DNA of 64,000 nucleotides from Eledone cirrhosa (GCA_964016885.1 OZ024742.1:7564001-7628000), one strand, 5' to 3'; positions 40,173 through 52,602 are shown, counted from the stretch's first letter. Numbers and translations: made by a program. The notes: generated by a model from the letters alone, not told the origin.

Positions 40173-41968
40173 CAATATATAAACAGTTTTATAAATAATT
40201 TTGACGTACCCTATTAGAAGCGACCATTATTTTTGGAAGCTGTCTGGATAGTGAGATGTTTATAATTATTTTATTAGTTATAGTGTTAAGCACAGTTAGA
40301 AAAAAGACGGAGAGAAAAAACGGAGAGAAAGAGAAAACGGAGAGAGAGAAGGAGAGAGAAAAAGAAGGAGAGAGAGAAAAAGGAAGATATATATAAATAG
40401 TTAGGAGGAAATGAAAAAGAAAAAAGAAAAAAAGAAGAAAGGCAAAAGAAAGCAACAGAGAGATAATAATTCATCATACAGATACTGAAACTCAAGAGAG
40501 AGGAAGTCCTATATAGAGAGAAGAGGATACAGTGACAACTTTACGTCATGTCATATTAAGTTGAATTAACAATTCATATGAAATGAATAATAAAAATGCA
40601 AATATCAATATTCATGAATGAGACATAGATATATAATATGAGAAAATAACATTGTTCAGTAATGACCATATGTTTAGTTTAAAACTCTGAGGTCAATATA
40701 CCAAAATCTGAGTTAAAACCCTCAAAAATTACCCTATTTATAAAAATACGGATACATATATGTATATATATATACACGCATATGTACGTACTGAAAAAAG
40801 AAAAAAGAGAAAATTATGTCTACTCTAGTCAATAATATAGACATACAAATGATTTCACCTGATCACTTCTATACATTTCTTGTGTTATAAAAATTTCACA
40901 GTATATATACATAAAACATACGATTAATATTCATGTGCTCACATACATGATTACCGTTCATGTATTTAATATTATGCACATCTGCACCACACATCAACAT
41001 ATACACACAGAACCATACATATACATATATATATGTATAAATAAATATATGCGTGAGTTTTCCAGCATCGTTATGCACATATACAGACATATATACGAAC
41101 ACATAAATAAACTCTATAAACCTTCTATATGCATGTTAATACACACAAATGGCCTTTGTATAGAGATAATCAAATATCAATATATTAATACAGAAATATC
41201 AAAGCATTAAAATATCTTTAACACACTATAGAGTATCTCAAGCCAAAACAATATGCTTCATATATTTATTATAGAAATCTATCCTACCTATATTTCAAAC
41301 AAGATATTGCAAGGGTAGACATATGAAAGTTACTAGAAGCTATCAGAGTCAAAATTCAAATAAAAAAACAAAAATTATTTAAAAGATTTAGAAGACCCAG
41401 TGATTCTACGGATGCCCTTATATTTAGTATAGAAATTTATCTTACGTAAATTTTATTTAATACATTGGGAACATATACATTTTAGAGTAGTTTATTATAT
41501 CCTTGTTTATATTTAGGAAGAAAGTTTAAAAAGAAAAAGGTGAAGGAATCAAATGATTTATCGTCAGGTTTCATATATTAACTAAATTTCTTAATTAATT
41601 ATATTACATTTTAAATTTATATTTATATTTAAACGTTGAGTTCAATCTATGTCTGCAGCAACTGATTGAACTTAAAAATTAGCAACTGATTGAAATAAAA
41701 AATTAGAATTGGAGCTCTGAATTAGCAATATATATATGGATGTATATATAATGTATTTTGCAATACACTTTATGCTTAATTAAAAGCATTTTGAAGACCG
41801 TATGCTATTGTTTTAGAGTAGTGACAATTTCATTTACTTCAGAGCTCCAATTCTAATTTTTAATTTCTGCCTGACCAACAACCGCTCTGTATAATCAGTT
41901 CCTGATTATTTACTAGAATTCTATAAGAATATAACATCAGTGATCTCGATAGACAGGAGGGAGTAGTT

Positions 41969-42013
41969 AGCCTTGATAAGCATCAATAAATGCGAAACAA
42001 GGCCTTGTCGGCT
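41969..42013 (+). ncRNA. Type I hammerhead ribozyme, U3:A8 variant, GUC site
   Basis: AGCC-TTGATAA-GCAT caataa ATGC-GAAA-CAAGGCCTTG-TC-GGCT; stem I extends via GACAGGAGGGAG / CTCCTCTGTT. Confidence 0.85.
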
Positions 42014-42112
42014 TATCTCCTCTGTTTGCTGAGATTAAAGTAAGTGAATTTGTCACTACTTTAAAACAATAGCACACGGTCTTCAAAATGCTTTCGTTCG
42101 AATTGCTCTTCT

Positions 42113-43813
42113 TTGAACTTAAATTTATGGTTTGGTACTTCTGAAGTGATTGACTGGTTCAACAAATTGAATAATAAAAACAAACTAAAATTTGTTCAAT
42201 TTGATATTGCCAGCTACTATTCTTCTATTTCGCCTTCACTTCTCAACAATGCTCTATCTTTCGCATTTAAATATTCTGACATCACCACAGATGAACTTCA
42301 CATCATTCTCAACGCACGTAAAACCATCCTTTTCAACAATGAATATTGGACCAGAGCTGATACCTCTAACAACTTCGACATCACAATGGGAGCATCCGAT
42401 TCATCCCAATTGACAGATTTAATTGGTATCTTTATTTTGAACTCTTTGAGTCGGAAAATTCCTCAACTTCGCGGTGGAATTTATCGTGACGATGGACTCT
42501 TTACTATCTTAAATTGCAACATAGTTAACCTTAATATTATTAAGAACAATATACGTAATCTCTTTAACCAACATAACCTAAAAATTGAATTTGATAACAG
42601 CATCAAACTAGCTAATTTCTTGGATGTATCTCTTAATCTTGATACTGGCCTATATTACCCCTACCATAAAAACAATGAGAACTTAAATTATGTTAATTTT
42701 AAATCTAACCCCCCTACTAATATTAAGAATGCTATAGTTAGTAATATTGGAAAAAGAATATCTAACCTATCTTCTAATAAAAACATCTTCGATGCTAACG
42801 CCAATTACTATAATAACGCTCTTTCTAAAGCCGGCTATCCTGATAAAATCAAATATAATAAAGAAACAAATTCTAGAAAATCTTACAGTAGAATAATTAA
42901 TCATGATCATTCCAATAACTTTAATAAAAGACCTAGATACAAAAACATAATCTGGTATAATGCTCCTTTCTCCATCTCTATTAATAATAATATTCCTAAA
43001 TTATTCTTTAGTGCCTTAAATAAATGCTTCCCTCCCTCACATATCTATAGTAAAATATTTAACAAACACACTATAAAATTTTCCTATTCGACATCCTCCA
43101 ACATTTCCAACATTATCTCTAAACACAACAATAAATTACTAAATACTAAATCTCTTCCTTCCAACACTGAATATCATAATAATAGTAATAGTACTCCCGA
43201 CGTCATTGTAAACCCTAGGCTAATTTCTGCAAACCCAAATACAACGTCAAACACAACTTCGCTAAATGTTCTTAATCCCATTCTAAATCAAGAAACTATT
43301 ATTCCTATCGCAAATAACTTCTCCAATCCAATTCCTTCTATAGATAACACTAGGTCACTCGTTAATAATCTCTCTAATCGCAATTGCAATTGCCCTGCTA
43401 AAAATAAATGTCCTCTCAACAACCATTGTCTTGATAAAAACTTAATTTACGAATGTAAAGTTATAACTGACACCAATTCCTTCACATATTTTGGCTCCAA
43501 TTCCACCTCCTTTAAAGCTCGTCTTTATAATCATCATTCGTCTTTTAAATATAAACTTAAAAGAACCAACACGGCTCTCTCAGAACTCATATGGTCCTTG
43601 AAAGACAAAAATATTAAATATAACATCTCTTGGAAAAAGGTTTCCTCTGCTTCTCCATACTTGAACAGTTCTCTATCCAAGACTTGCAATCTCTGTCTGA
43701 ATGAAAAATGTACCATTATTTCTAATTTAGATTCTATAATAAATAGACGCACTGACTTGTTTCTTATCTGCTTGCATAAATTCCACAAAACTTTCCATAA
43801 AGTATACAGCTAA
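42113..43813 (+). CDS. 5'-truncated Naiad-like PLE RT + GIY-YIG, still open for 566 aa
   Basis: QFDIASYY, FDITMGASD, GIYRDDGL, NFLDV, IIWYNAPFS, CNC..CPL..C, LIYEC..YFG, CNLCLNEK, C.H. Confidence 0.88.
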   Translation: MNLNLWFGTSEVIDWFNKLNNKNKLKFVQFDIASYYSSISPSLLNNALSFAFKYSDITTDELHIILNARKTILFNNEYWTRADTSNNFDITMGASDSSQLTDLIGIFILNSLSRKIPQLRGGIYRDDGLFTILNCNIVNLNIIKNNIRNLFNQHNLKIEFDNSIKLANFLDVSLNLDTGLYYPYHKNNENLNYVNFKSNPPTNIKNAIVSNIGKRISNLSSNKNIFDANANYYNNALSKAGYPDKIKYNKETNSRKSYSRIINHDHSNNFNKRPRYKNIIWYNAPFSISINNNIPKLFFSALNKCFPPSHIYSKIFNKHTIKFSYSTSSNISNIISKHNNKLLNTKSLPSNTEYHNNSNSTPDVIVNPRLISANPNTTSNTTSLNVLNPILNQETIIPIANNFSNPIPSIDNTRSLVNNLSNRNCNCPAKNKCPLNNHCLDKNLIYECKVITDTNSFTYFGSNSTSFKARLYNHHSSFKYKLKRTNTALSELIWSLKDKNIKYNISWKKVSSASPYLNSSLSKTCNLCLNEKCTIISNLDSIINRRTDLFLICLHKFHKTFHKVYS

Positions 43814-43851
43814 TATCCTAAACTTTATCAATTCAGAATCCTTTTCTCAAA

Positions 43852-43888
<37 letters not shown>

Positions 43889-44247
43889 TTCTTTAAAAAT
43901 ATACCCATCTTTCTACCTTATTTCAAAGTTATTTATCATATTCTATATCATTCCTATTCATCACTTCCCTTTCTTCCTTTTCCTTTTCTTTTCTTTTTCT
44001 TTTAATTTCTAACCCCTAATCTGTACCTTTTCTCACTGTGCCTAACATAGAAACAATTATTACACAATACACTATATTCTTACTTTATATCACCTTGAAA
44101 AAATCCTTCGTAAACATAAACATTTTTTTTTACGTTAGATTATTCATCCTCTATTCATTATTTTTTTCTCACTTTCATCTAACTTATTCATGCTCATCTC
44201 ACAATATATCCTTACTTACATTATTTCTGTTTTTTTAATAATACATA

Positions 44248-44407
44248 TCAACATTTTCTTTCCATCGCACATATTATTAAACCCTTAAAATTATTCTTAA
44301 TACATATTAACATTTTCTTTCCATCGCACATATTATTAAACCCTTAAATATTATTCTTAATACATATTAACAACTTCTTTTCATCGCACATATTATTAAA
44401 CCCTTCA
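44248..44407. repeat. ~59-nt tandem repeat, about 2.7 copies
   Basis: AACATTTTCTTTCCATCGCACATATTATTAAACCCTT repeated three times. Confidence 0.85.
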
Positions 44408-44737
44408 ATATACAAACCTTAACTTTACATTATTTTTCTCTTCGTTAATTTTCAAATTCTTTTAATTTATACATTATCTTCCAACGGCTTTTCAACCTCT
44501 CTATGCAAAACAATATATTTTTCTCAGTTATAAAAGCTATCTCTCTCTATCAGCCATCTCTCCTCCTTATACTCCCCCCCCTCCACTTTTTACTCTCATC
44601 TCCTCCTCTTTTTCACCCCCCCCCCCCTCAAAAAAAATGTTTCCCCAATATCACACATCAATCTAAAAGTACTTTTCATATGTTGATTTAAAACTGCACT
44701 ATCCACAAGTGTTTTTAACCTTCATATCATGTCCTCC

Positions 44738-44808
44738 TATTTTATCTGATGAAAACACAAATGTTATTGCATGATGATATTTGTTTTTGAAATGCGCATA
44801 ATAAAATA
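44738..44808 (+). ncRNA. Type I hammerhead ribozyme, probably in the 3' UTR/pLTR of the upstream Naiad
   Basis: TATTTTAT-CTGATGA-AAAcACAAATGTTATT gcat GATGATATTTGTtTTT-GAAA-TGCGCA-TA-ATAAAATA. Confidence 0.85.
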
Positions 44809-44838
44809 CATGGAACTCATTTAACCATCTTTTGATCT

Positions 44839-44922
<84 letters not shown>

Positions 44923-44926
<4 letters not shown>

Positions 44927-45114
44927 AATACAATATAATTAACTCATTAGCAGAGGTTTCCTGAATAAGACGAATACAAGAAACGTCCTCATTCGTTCGT
45001 TAGACAAGGCAATTACCTTTGTAAATTGCCTTGTCTAACGAACGAATGAGGACGTTTCTTGTATTCGTCTTATTCGGGAAACCTCTGGTAATGAGGTAAT
45101 TACATTGTATTGTT
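44923..45114. repeat. Near-perfect fold-back with ~90-bp arms
   Basis: AATAAGACGAATACAAGAAACGTCCTCATTCGTTCGTTAGACAAGGCAATT and its reverse complement, centred ~45018. Confidence 0.9.
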
Positions 45115-45224
45115 GATTATACATTATATTTAGCTCTGTAACTTACATAGAGCACTCTTCACTCCTATGACTTTTAAAATTTTCAACGGAAACTTCAATA
45201 CTTATATATATATATACATTTTGA

Positions 45225-45735
45225 GTATATGTTGGTTGTATACCAACACCTCAGTATGCAGATTGGAGCACTCGATGAAGTGCGCAGGCTTGTTTGGTTA
45301 TTCTGGAGTATTGTAAAATAAAATAAAATAAATAATCAAATGTTTAAAATTTAGCTTCGTTTATTACTGCTATATATATTTCGGTGACAGCCATTTTTGG
45401 CTGTGACCTCTTCAGGCAGAACGAATTCCTATAGACTTTTGAATGAGGAATGTTCTAACAACTGACCAATGAGAGAAAAAGAGGCCCTTTGACACTGAAA
45501 TTCGTTTGTTTGAATTCATATGATTCCAGTTCCTCAGTGAAATAACAACCCAACCAGGAACTGGGCATATCAGAGTATTGACAATATTATACACCTCAAC
45601 AACATATGTACTTGTCTCTACCACACTAATTCGGACTGCCTGAAGAGGTCACAGTCAAAGATGGCTGTCACCGAAATATATATAGCAGTAATAAACGAAG
45701 CCAAATTTTAAACATTTGACTTATTTATTTTATTT

Positions 45736-45745
<10 letters not shown>
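45225..45745. mobile_element. Retrozyme-like family C, divergent inverted pair, with HHRs at 45366-45420(-) and 45635-45689(+)
   Basis: ACTGC-CTGAAGA-GGTcACAGTC...GGCTGTcACC-GAAA-TATATA-TA-GCAGT; homologous to 22251-22568; (TA)n flanks. Confidence 0.82.
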
Positions 45746-45774
<29 letters not shown>

Positions 45775-45859
45775 CATATATGGGGAGTGTATGTGTACAG
45801 GAACGAAATTATATATATATGTATATAAAGAGGTATATGAAGTATATGATAGAGTGGTG

Positions 45860-46005
45860 ATTTAGAGAGGGAGAAGGATAGAGAGAGAGGAGGAGTGAGA
45901 GAGGGGGAGTGAAAGAGAGTGTGTGAGAGATAGGTAGAGAGAGAGTATGTGTGTATGTGAGAGAGAGAGGGAGAGAGTGTGTGTATGAGAAAGAGAGAGA
46001 GAGAG

Positions 46006-46039
<34 letters not shown>

Positions 46040-46242
46040 TGTGTGTGTTAGAGAGAGAGAGTGTGTGTGAGAGAGAGAGAGAGAGAGAGTGTGTGTGTAT
46101 GTGAGCGAGAGAGAGAGTGTGTGTTTTGTGAGAGAGAGAGAGTGAGAGAGAGTGCGTGTGTGAGGGAGAGAGAGAGAGAGAAAGTGTGTGTGAGAGAGAG
46201 AGAGAGAGAGTGTGTGTGTGTATGTGAGAGAGAGAGAGATAG

Positions 46243-46288
<46 letters not shown>

Positions 46289-46341
46289 TGTGTGTATGTG
46301 AGAGAGAGAGAGAGTGTGCGAGTGTGTTTGAGAGAGAGAGA
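45860..46341. repeat. Compound (GA)n/(GT)n microsatellite
   Basis: Direct reading. Confidence 0.9.
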
Positions 46342-46628
46342 TTATATCCCTATAGTAGGTAATACCTTCAATTTTTAATGTCCACATAGTTCTTCTCTCT
46401 AGAATTTACTTCAAGAATGATGAAACCAGTATCAAACAAATTAAATGGCCATCCATCGGTTACGGTGGGGAGTGTTACAGTTGATTCTATCAATGGAACA
46501 TAATTTCCACGAGTAGGTTGTTCCAGATTCATTGTGTAGCCTTAATATAATGAATATTAAAACTCTATTTCGGTTTTGAGTACACCTTTCTCTCAGCCGT
46601 CGACCACATTAAGATATTTATATATATA

Positions 46629-46680
<52 letters not shown>

Positions 46681-46862
46681 GAAACACACAGATACGGCCT
46701 CGATATGAATACCCCCTCCGCCTCCGTGGTATTTTCCTCGTGGTTATAAGAGGCTTAGCTCTGTTTCTCGACCGTTATATCGCGTGACTATCTCCCCCTC
46801 CGCCTTTTGGGATTCTTTCTCACGTCGTGTAGACGCGTTCTTGAGACTAGTAAAATGAGGTA

Positions 46863-46950
46863 TCCTCTTGATAAGTTGGCAGACCTCGCAGGGACTCTAT
46901 ATCTTTGATATATTGTTTTTGTTTATGCCACGAAACTACGTAGTCGAGGA
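46863..46950 (+). ncRNA. Type I hammerhead ribozyme, U3:A8, GUC site
   Basis: TCCTC-TTGATAA-GtTGGCA...TGCCAC-GAAA-CTACGTAG-TC-GAGGA. Confidence 0.85.
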
Positions 46951-47453
46951 ATTTAGGAACAGTTTAGGTATGATACATTTTATTACTAATTATATCTAAA
47001 TGTTTCTTCTCTCTTCATAATGTATTTTTAACTCTGATACTGGTTCAGTCTGGTTCAAACTGAATTGGTCTGTCCCAGTCATTCATTGAGCAACATCGGT
47101 GTAGTTGGCACCCTTAACTCACAGTTGGGTGCGGATGCATTCATGTATATATGTGTGTGTCCGCATGTATCTGTGTGTTTCTAAATATATTAATAACTCC
47201 CTCTGGTCGAGCAATCTTTGAAGTGTGGGGACAACTGGAAAGCTTCCATTACTCATACTTCTCGCCTTCTTCACTACCTCTTCTACGGCCTCGATATGAA
47301 TACCCCCTCCGCCTCCGTGGTATTTTCCTCGTGGTTATAAGAGGCTTAGCTCTGTTTCTCGACCGTTATGTCGCGTGACTATCTCCCCCTCCGCCTTTTG
47401 GGATTCTTTCTCACGTCGTGTAGACGCGTTCTTGAGACTAGTAAAATGAGGTA

Positions 47454-47541
47454 TCCTCTTGATAAGTTGGCAGACCTCGCAGGGACTCTATATCTTTGAT
47501 ATATTGTTTTTATTTATGCCACGAAACTACGTAGTCGAGGA
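47454..47541 (+). ncRNA. Type I hammerhead ribozyme (second copy, +591 nt)
   Basis: Same as 46863-46950 apart from one loop II change. Confidence 0.85.
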
Positions 47542-47607
47542 ATTTAGGAACAGTTTAGGTATGATACATTTTATTACTAATTATATCTAAATGTTTCTTC
47601 TCTCTTC

Positions 47608-47697
<90 letters not shown>

Positions 47698-48457
47698 ATC
47701 GTATATATATATATTGAATTGATCTGGAAGCTCAAACTTGAAAAGACCCCGCACTCTCTGGTCTGGTCCGTAGTTAGAAAGGTTCCCCCAGACAGATATT
47801 TGCAACCTCTGTCTTAGTGAGACACTCGAGATACTTCATGGCGGAACCAAGCATTAAACAGAAGGGCCGACTTATTCGGTACCTGCAGACACCCAAGGAC
47901 GGGAACTTTCCTCAAGCTATATGGATAAACCCCGGTTAAGGCCTCCCACAACGCTCCCCGCCCTGTAGGAACCCTACACTCCGTACCAATGACCAATGGA
48001 CAACAACAACCACCCATAGTTTGTGGTCCCTATCGTGGATGGTCCACCGGATCCTCTACTGGTTAGGAGTCATCTAAACAACGTTTTATTGAACATGATT
48101 TTATATATATGTATGTATGTATATTATATGTATGTATGTATTTTATATGTGTATATGTGTATATGTATAAAATATATATATATATACATATATAAAATAT
48201 ATATATATATATATATATTTTATATATGTATATATAAATATATATATTTTATATATATATGTGTATGTAGATTTTATATATGTATATATTTTATATATAT
48301 ATATATATATATTATGTATATATATATATTTTATATATATATGTGTATGTATATTTTATATATGTATATATTTTATATATATATATATATTTTATGTATA
48401 TACATATATTTTATATATATATGTATTTTATATATATATATATTTTATGTATATGTA

Positions 48458-48517
<60 letters not shown>

Positions 48518-48564
48518 TTGTGCGTACATATATACACACCTGTATGGATTTCTGTGTGTAGATG

Positions 48565-48836
48565 TGTGTGTGTCTGAGGGGGTAGGTGTGAGTGTATGTA
48601 CAAGTCAACCCACATAAGCCTTTTATTTCTAAATTTTCTAAACTATCTAAGTATTGGACTCTAACCATTATTTTAAGTATTACCACCCCACATTAATTCC
48701 TCAATTTGTATGTGTGTGTCTGTGGAGGTGGGTGTGAGTGTACGTGCAAGCCAACCTACATAAGTCTTTTTATTTGTAAATTTTCTACTCTAACCATAAT
48801 TTTCAGTAGCACCACTCCACATAAATTCCTCAATTT
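48565..48836. repeat. Diverged ~140-nt tandem duplication
   Basis: GGTGTGAGTGTA...AATTCCTCAATTT occurs twice. Confidence 0.75.
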
Positions 48837-49142
48837 AAGAATGACCTGTAGTATCTATTTCATACTATTAACCTTAATTGAATATATATCTGACCAGGAA
48901 TGCTTTTTGTGAAAATCAGTCATATGGAACTATTGTGATCTTGCCTGACGGTTTGAACTTTACAACACCACCTGCCTCTTTGAGGTCAAATACCAACCCT
49001 AGTAGCATCTACAAACTGACCAATGAGAATTAAGACTATTCCTGCTTACAACATTAAATTATTCCTAAAAAGCTCATATGTCCCAAGGCTCTGATACCAT
49101 CAACACTATAAACACAGAGGTGGCATATCTATGAACTGACTA

Positions 49143-49198
49143 ACTGCCTGATGAGGTCATAGCCATTCAATGGCTATCATCGAATTATATATAGCAGT
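49143..49198 (+). ncRNA. HHR related to family C (GAAA mutated to GAAT)
   Basis: ACTGC-CTGATGA-GGTcATAGCCA ttcaa TGGCTATcATC-GAAT-TATATA-TA-GCAGT. Confidence 0.7.
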
Positions 49199-49239
49199 AA
49201 ATAAAGGATTATGAGTTCATGCAATTGACTTATGTTTCG

Positions 49240-49275
<36 letters not shown>

Positions 49276-49277
<2 letters not shown>

Positions 49278-49703
49278 CCAGGACGCAGTTGCAGGAAGCC
49301 GGATGAATGCCCATTGCAGGGCAAATGTAACACCAAATCTGTTGTTTATGAGGCTAAAGTAACACCTTTAATCAACAACCAGCCAGCCAGGAGTGAGCGA
49401 TATGTCGGCATGACCCAGGACAGGTTTAAAACCAGGTTTTATGCACATGTCGCTTCTTTTAAGCACTCCGATAAACGAACAACAACGGCCCTCGCAAGTA
49501 AAGTGTGCGAATTCAAGGATAAAAACATCCCGTACTCTATCGATTGGTCTATTTTAGACCATTCGAGGGAGTACCAAAGGGGCACAAAGAATTGTTCTTT
49601 GTGTACCACAGAAAAATATAGGATTTTGCTAAACTTGAATGCCACTTCTGCTTGCCTGAACTCAAAGAGAGAGATCTTCCGATGTTGTCCTCATCACATC
49701 TGA
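49276..49703 (+). pseudogene. Naiad-like PLE 3' fragment (GIY-YIG)
   Basis: CPLQGKC, VVYEAKV..YVGMT..FK.RF..H..SF, CSLCTTEK, LNSKRE. Confidence 0.88.
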
Positions 49704-50027
49704 TCTGTAACTGGATTGACATTCCTACGATAACTCAACCAGCTTGAACTCCTTCCCTGCTCTTTACTTCCACTAAGGTTTTTTACCTGCTGAATCCACG
49801 TTCTGTACTCTTGTATTCTCTTTCTCCCTTATCTCCCCTTATATTTAAACCTTTTCCTATGTCATTTTCCCCCCTCTTTTCCCCCCTCTTTTTTCTTGCG
49901 CTACCCTTCACATACCAAAAATATTTTTGTTTTTAGATATTAATTTTTTATATAATGGTTTTGTGTGTCTTTATATAATGGCCTCAGAAAAGGCTTGAGC
50001 TCTGCCGTAGGGGCAGGCTTTTTCCTA

Positions 50028-50070
<43 letters not shown>

Positions 50071-50130
50071 GTAATTGTATGTGTGTTTATATTTCTGTGG
50101 TTGTTTTTTTTTTGTGTATGTATATATATT

Positions 50131-50164
<34 letters not shown>

Positions 50165-50175
50165 TGTGTGTGTGT

Positions 50176-50219
<44 letters not shown>

Positions 50220-51231
50220 ATATATGCATAAGGGTGTATGTATGTACATCATTATATATAGTGATTTGATGATTATTTTCATTGATCTTTTGCTCCATGA
50301 ACTTGTTGAGTGCTCTAGGTCTGCTATGGCCATTTATACCCTTTTCTAAATATATATATATTTTTTTATTTATTATTTCTCGTATTCAAAATTTTTTTTT
50401 ATATATAAAATATTATTTTATAATATTTATGTCCTTTCTCATATATATATATATATATATATATGTGAAAAAATGGGGAGAAGAATACTGCAGGTTGCAC
50501 ATGGATAACATGTTATAAAATGAGTCCCTCATCAGTGATTTGCCGACGATCATAGATATTTCATTGCATTAAAAATCATATACCTCACGTCGGTGCAATA
50601 ATAACTAAATTAAGTTATTAGGACAATTAAAACGCGTAAAGCGAGTGAGACATGTAAACAACAAAGAGGAAAGCTAACCGTAGAGAGGAAGGGAACAAGC
50701 TACATAGTTATTATGTTAGCATAAGCTAGGTGAATATATGAGCGCTTAGAAAAAAGACCTTTCGAGATGAATCCAAATGTCAGAAAGAAGGAAAATGTAT
50801 TCGTCGCGAACGGGGTGAAGTGAGAAGGGAAGAAACAGTGAGTGAGTGAGTGGAAGTGTGAGGAAGAGTTAACTGACATGACAGAGGGGGCGAAAGAAAG
50901 TAGGAGAAACAGAGAGAACGAGGGAGCAGTAAGAGAGAGAGAGAGAGAAAAACAGAATCGCAGTTTAGGTAAATATATGTGAAAAAATGGGGAGAAGAAT
51001 ACTGCAGGTTGCACATGGAGAACATGTCAAAAAGAATCAATCACGTGACATCGAGGTCAATCAGTGGAAAGCGAGTAGTTATTCTTTTTGAATTTGCCAC
51101 AGACGTAGGAGGCAGTGATTTTCTCAATGGCTTGGAATCCAGTCCACGCATCGCTATTTCCATTCCACTGAATTATTTTTTTAATAAGTTTCCAGTGTCC
51201 TCGCTATGCCTGGAGACCTATACGGAAAAAG

Positions 51232-51314
51232 ACTTTCCTGATGACGGAATGATTTTCAATATGTTTCTTCGGAAAATATATTTACTCCATTCCAGAAACT
51301 AATTAGTTGGAAGT
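51232..51314 (+). ncRNA. Type I hammerhead ribozyme with long stem II
   Basis: ACTTTC-CTGATGA-cGGAATG...CATTCCa-GAAA-CTAATTAG-TT-GGAAGT. Confidence 0.78.
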
Positions 51315-51480
51315 GATTTTTTAGTAAGTAAGTTAATTTTATAATTTTCTTATTTTACGTCTCTCATATTATTGTTCTGCAACCCCATGCATTGAACCAC
51401 ATTGTTAATAAGACAAAACCTATATATTTGCTAGCATTGATATGCATCTGTGTGTATATAAATGTTACTAGATATAAATT

Positions 51481-51596
<116 letters not shown>

Positions 51597-52390
51597 GTGT
51601 GTGTATACATGTATATGTGTGTGTGTGTGTGTGTATCTATTTGTGTTTGCGTATGTATGTGTTTATGTATTTGTATATGTATATTTATGTGTAAGAGTGT
51701 GTGTGTGTATTTATTTTTACGTCTGTATGTGTACGTGCATTTGTGTGTATTGCTTACCACGTGTGTTTGTTCATTTATTTGTTGCCTGTATCGCTGTCAA
51801 CTTTATAATAATCTTTATTTTCTTTTTTATGTCTTTTATTTTTTTATTATTATATATATTTTTTCTTATATTTATTTGCGTGTGTGAATATGTAGAGGTG
51901 TGTGTATATTTTTTTATTTTTGTGCATGCATATGTATGCATGTATATATGTGTGTATGTATGTGTATGTTTGTACGTGTATATGCGTATGATTTTGTGTA
52001 TGTATATGTATGTGTGTATGGCTATGTATGTGTATGCATATATATATATATATTTATTTATATATATATATATGTATATATATGTGTGTGGTTGTATATA
52101 TGTATGTGTATTTATGGATATGTTGATATTTATGTGTGTATGTATGTATGTGTATATGTATGTGTATGTATATATATACACATATATATGTGTATATGTG
52201 TGTGTGTATGTATGTGTGTATGTATCTATATATATATGTGTGTATGTATATAATTGTGTGTGTGTGTATGTGTGTTTGCATGTGTGTTTTTATTTTATTT
52301 TTCCTTTCCTTCTTCCTTCTCCAGCCTCACTTTCATATAGATTGCATTTTTGTTTTTAGAATCCAATATCAAGAAAATACACCAGGATTT

Positions 52391-52450
52391 TTTCATTCTG
52401 ATGATTGAAAGCCAAATTTTTTGCTTTTAAGGATCCATTGGTAAATGGAA
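52391..52450 (+). ncRNA. Decayed HHR (GAAA to GGAT)
   Basis: TTTCATT-CTGATGA-TTGAAAGC...GCTTTTAA-GGAT-CCATTGG-TA-AATGGAA; all three stems retained. Confidence 0.6.
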
Positions 52451-52475
52451 TAATTGCCTTATGTTGTTTATTACA

Positions 52476-52571
<96 letters not shown>

Positions 52572-52602
52572 AAGAATCAAAGAACTGTTCAAAACATTAT
52601 TG

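Larger units (their letters stand above)
46673..47611 (+). mobile_element. Retrozyme-like family D: ~1.55 copies of a 591-nt monomer with two HHRs, in (TA)n
   Basis: 46693-47020 repeated almost perfectly at 47284-47611; 46673-46695 is an inverted copy of ~47167-47190. Confidence 0.85.

Noticed and set aside
44248-44407. CRISPR-like repeats
   Set aside because: Intervening sequences are also repeated (no unique spacers); eukaryotic context, no cas genes
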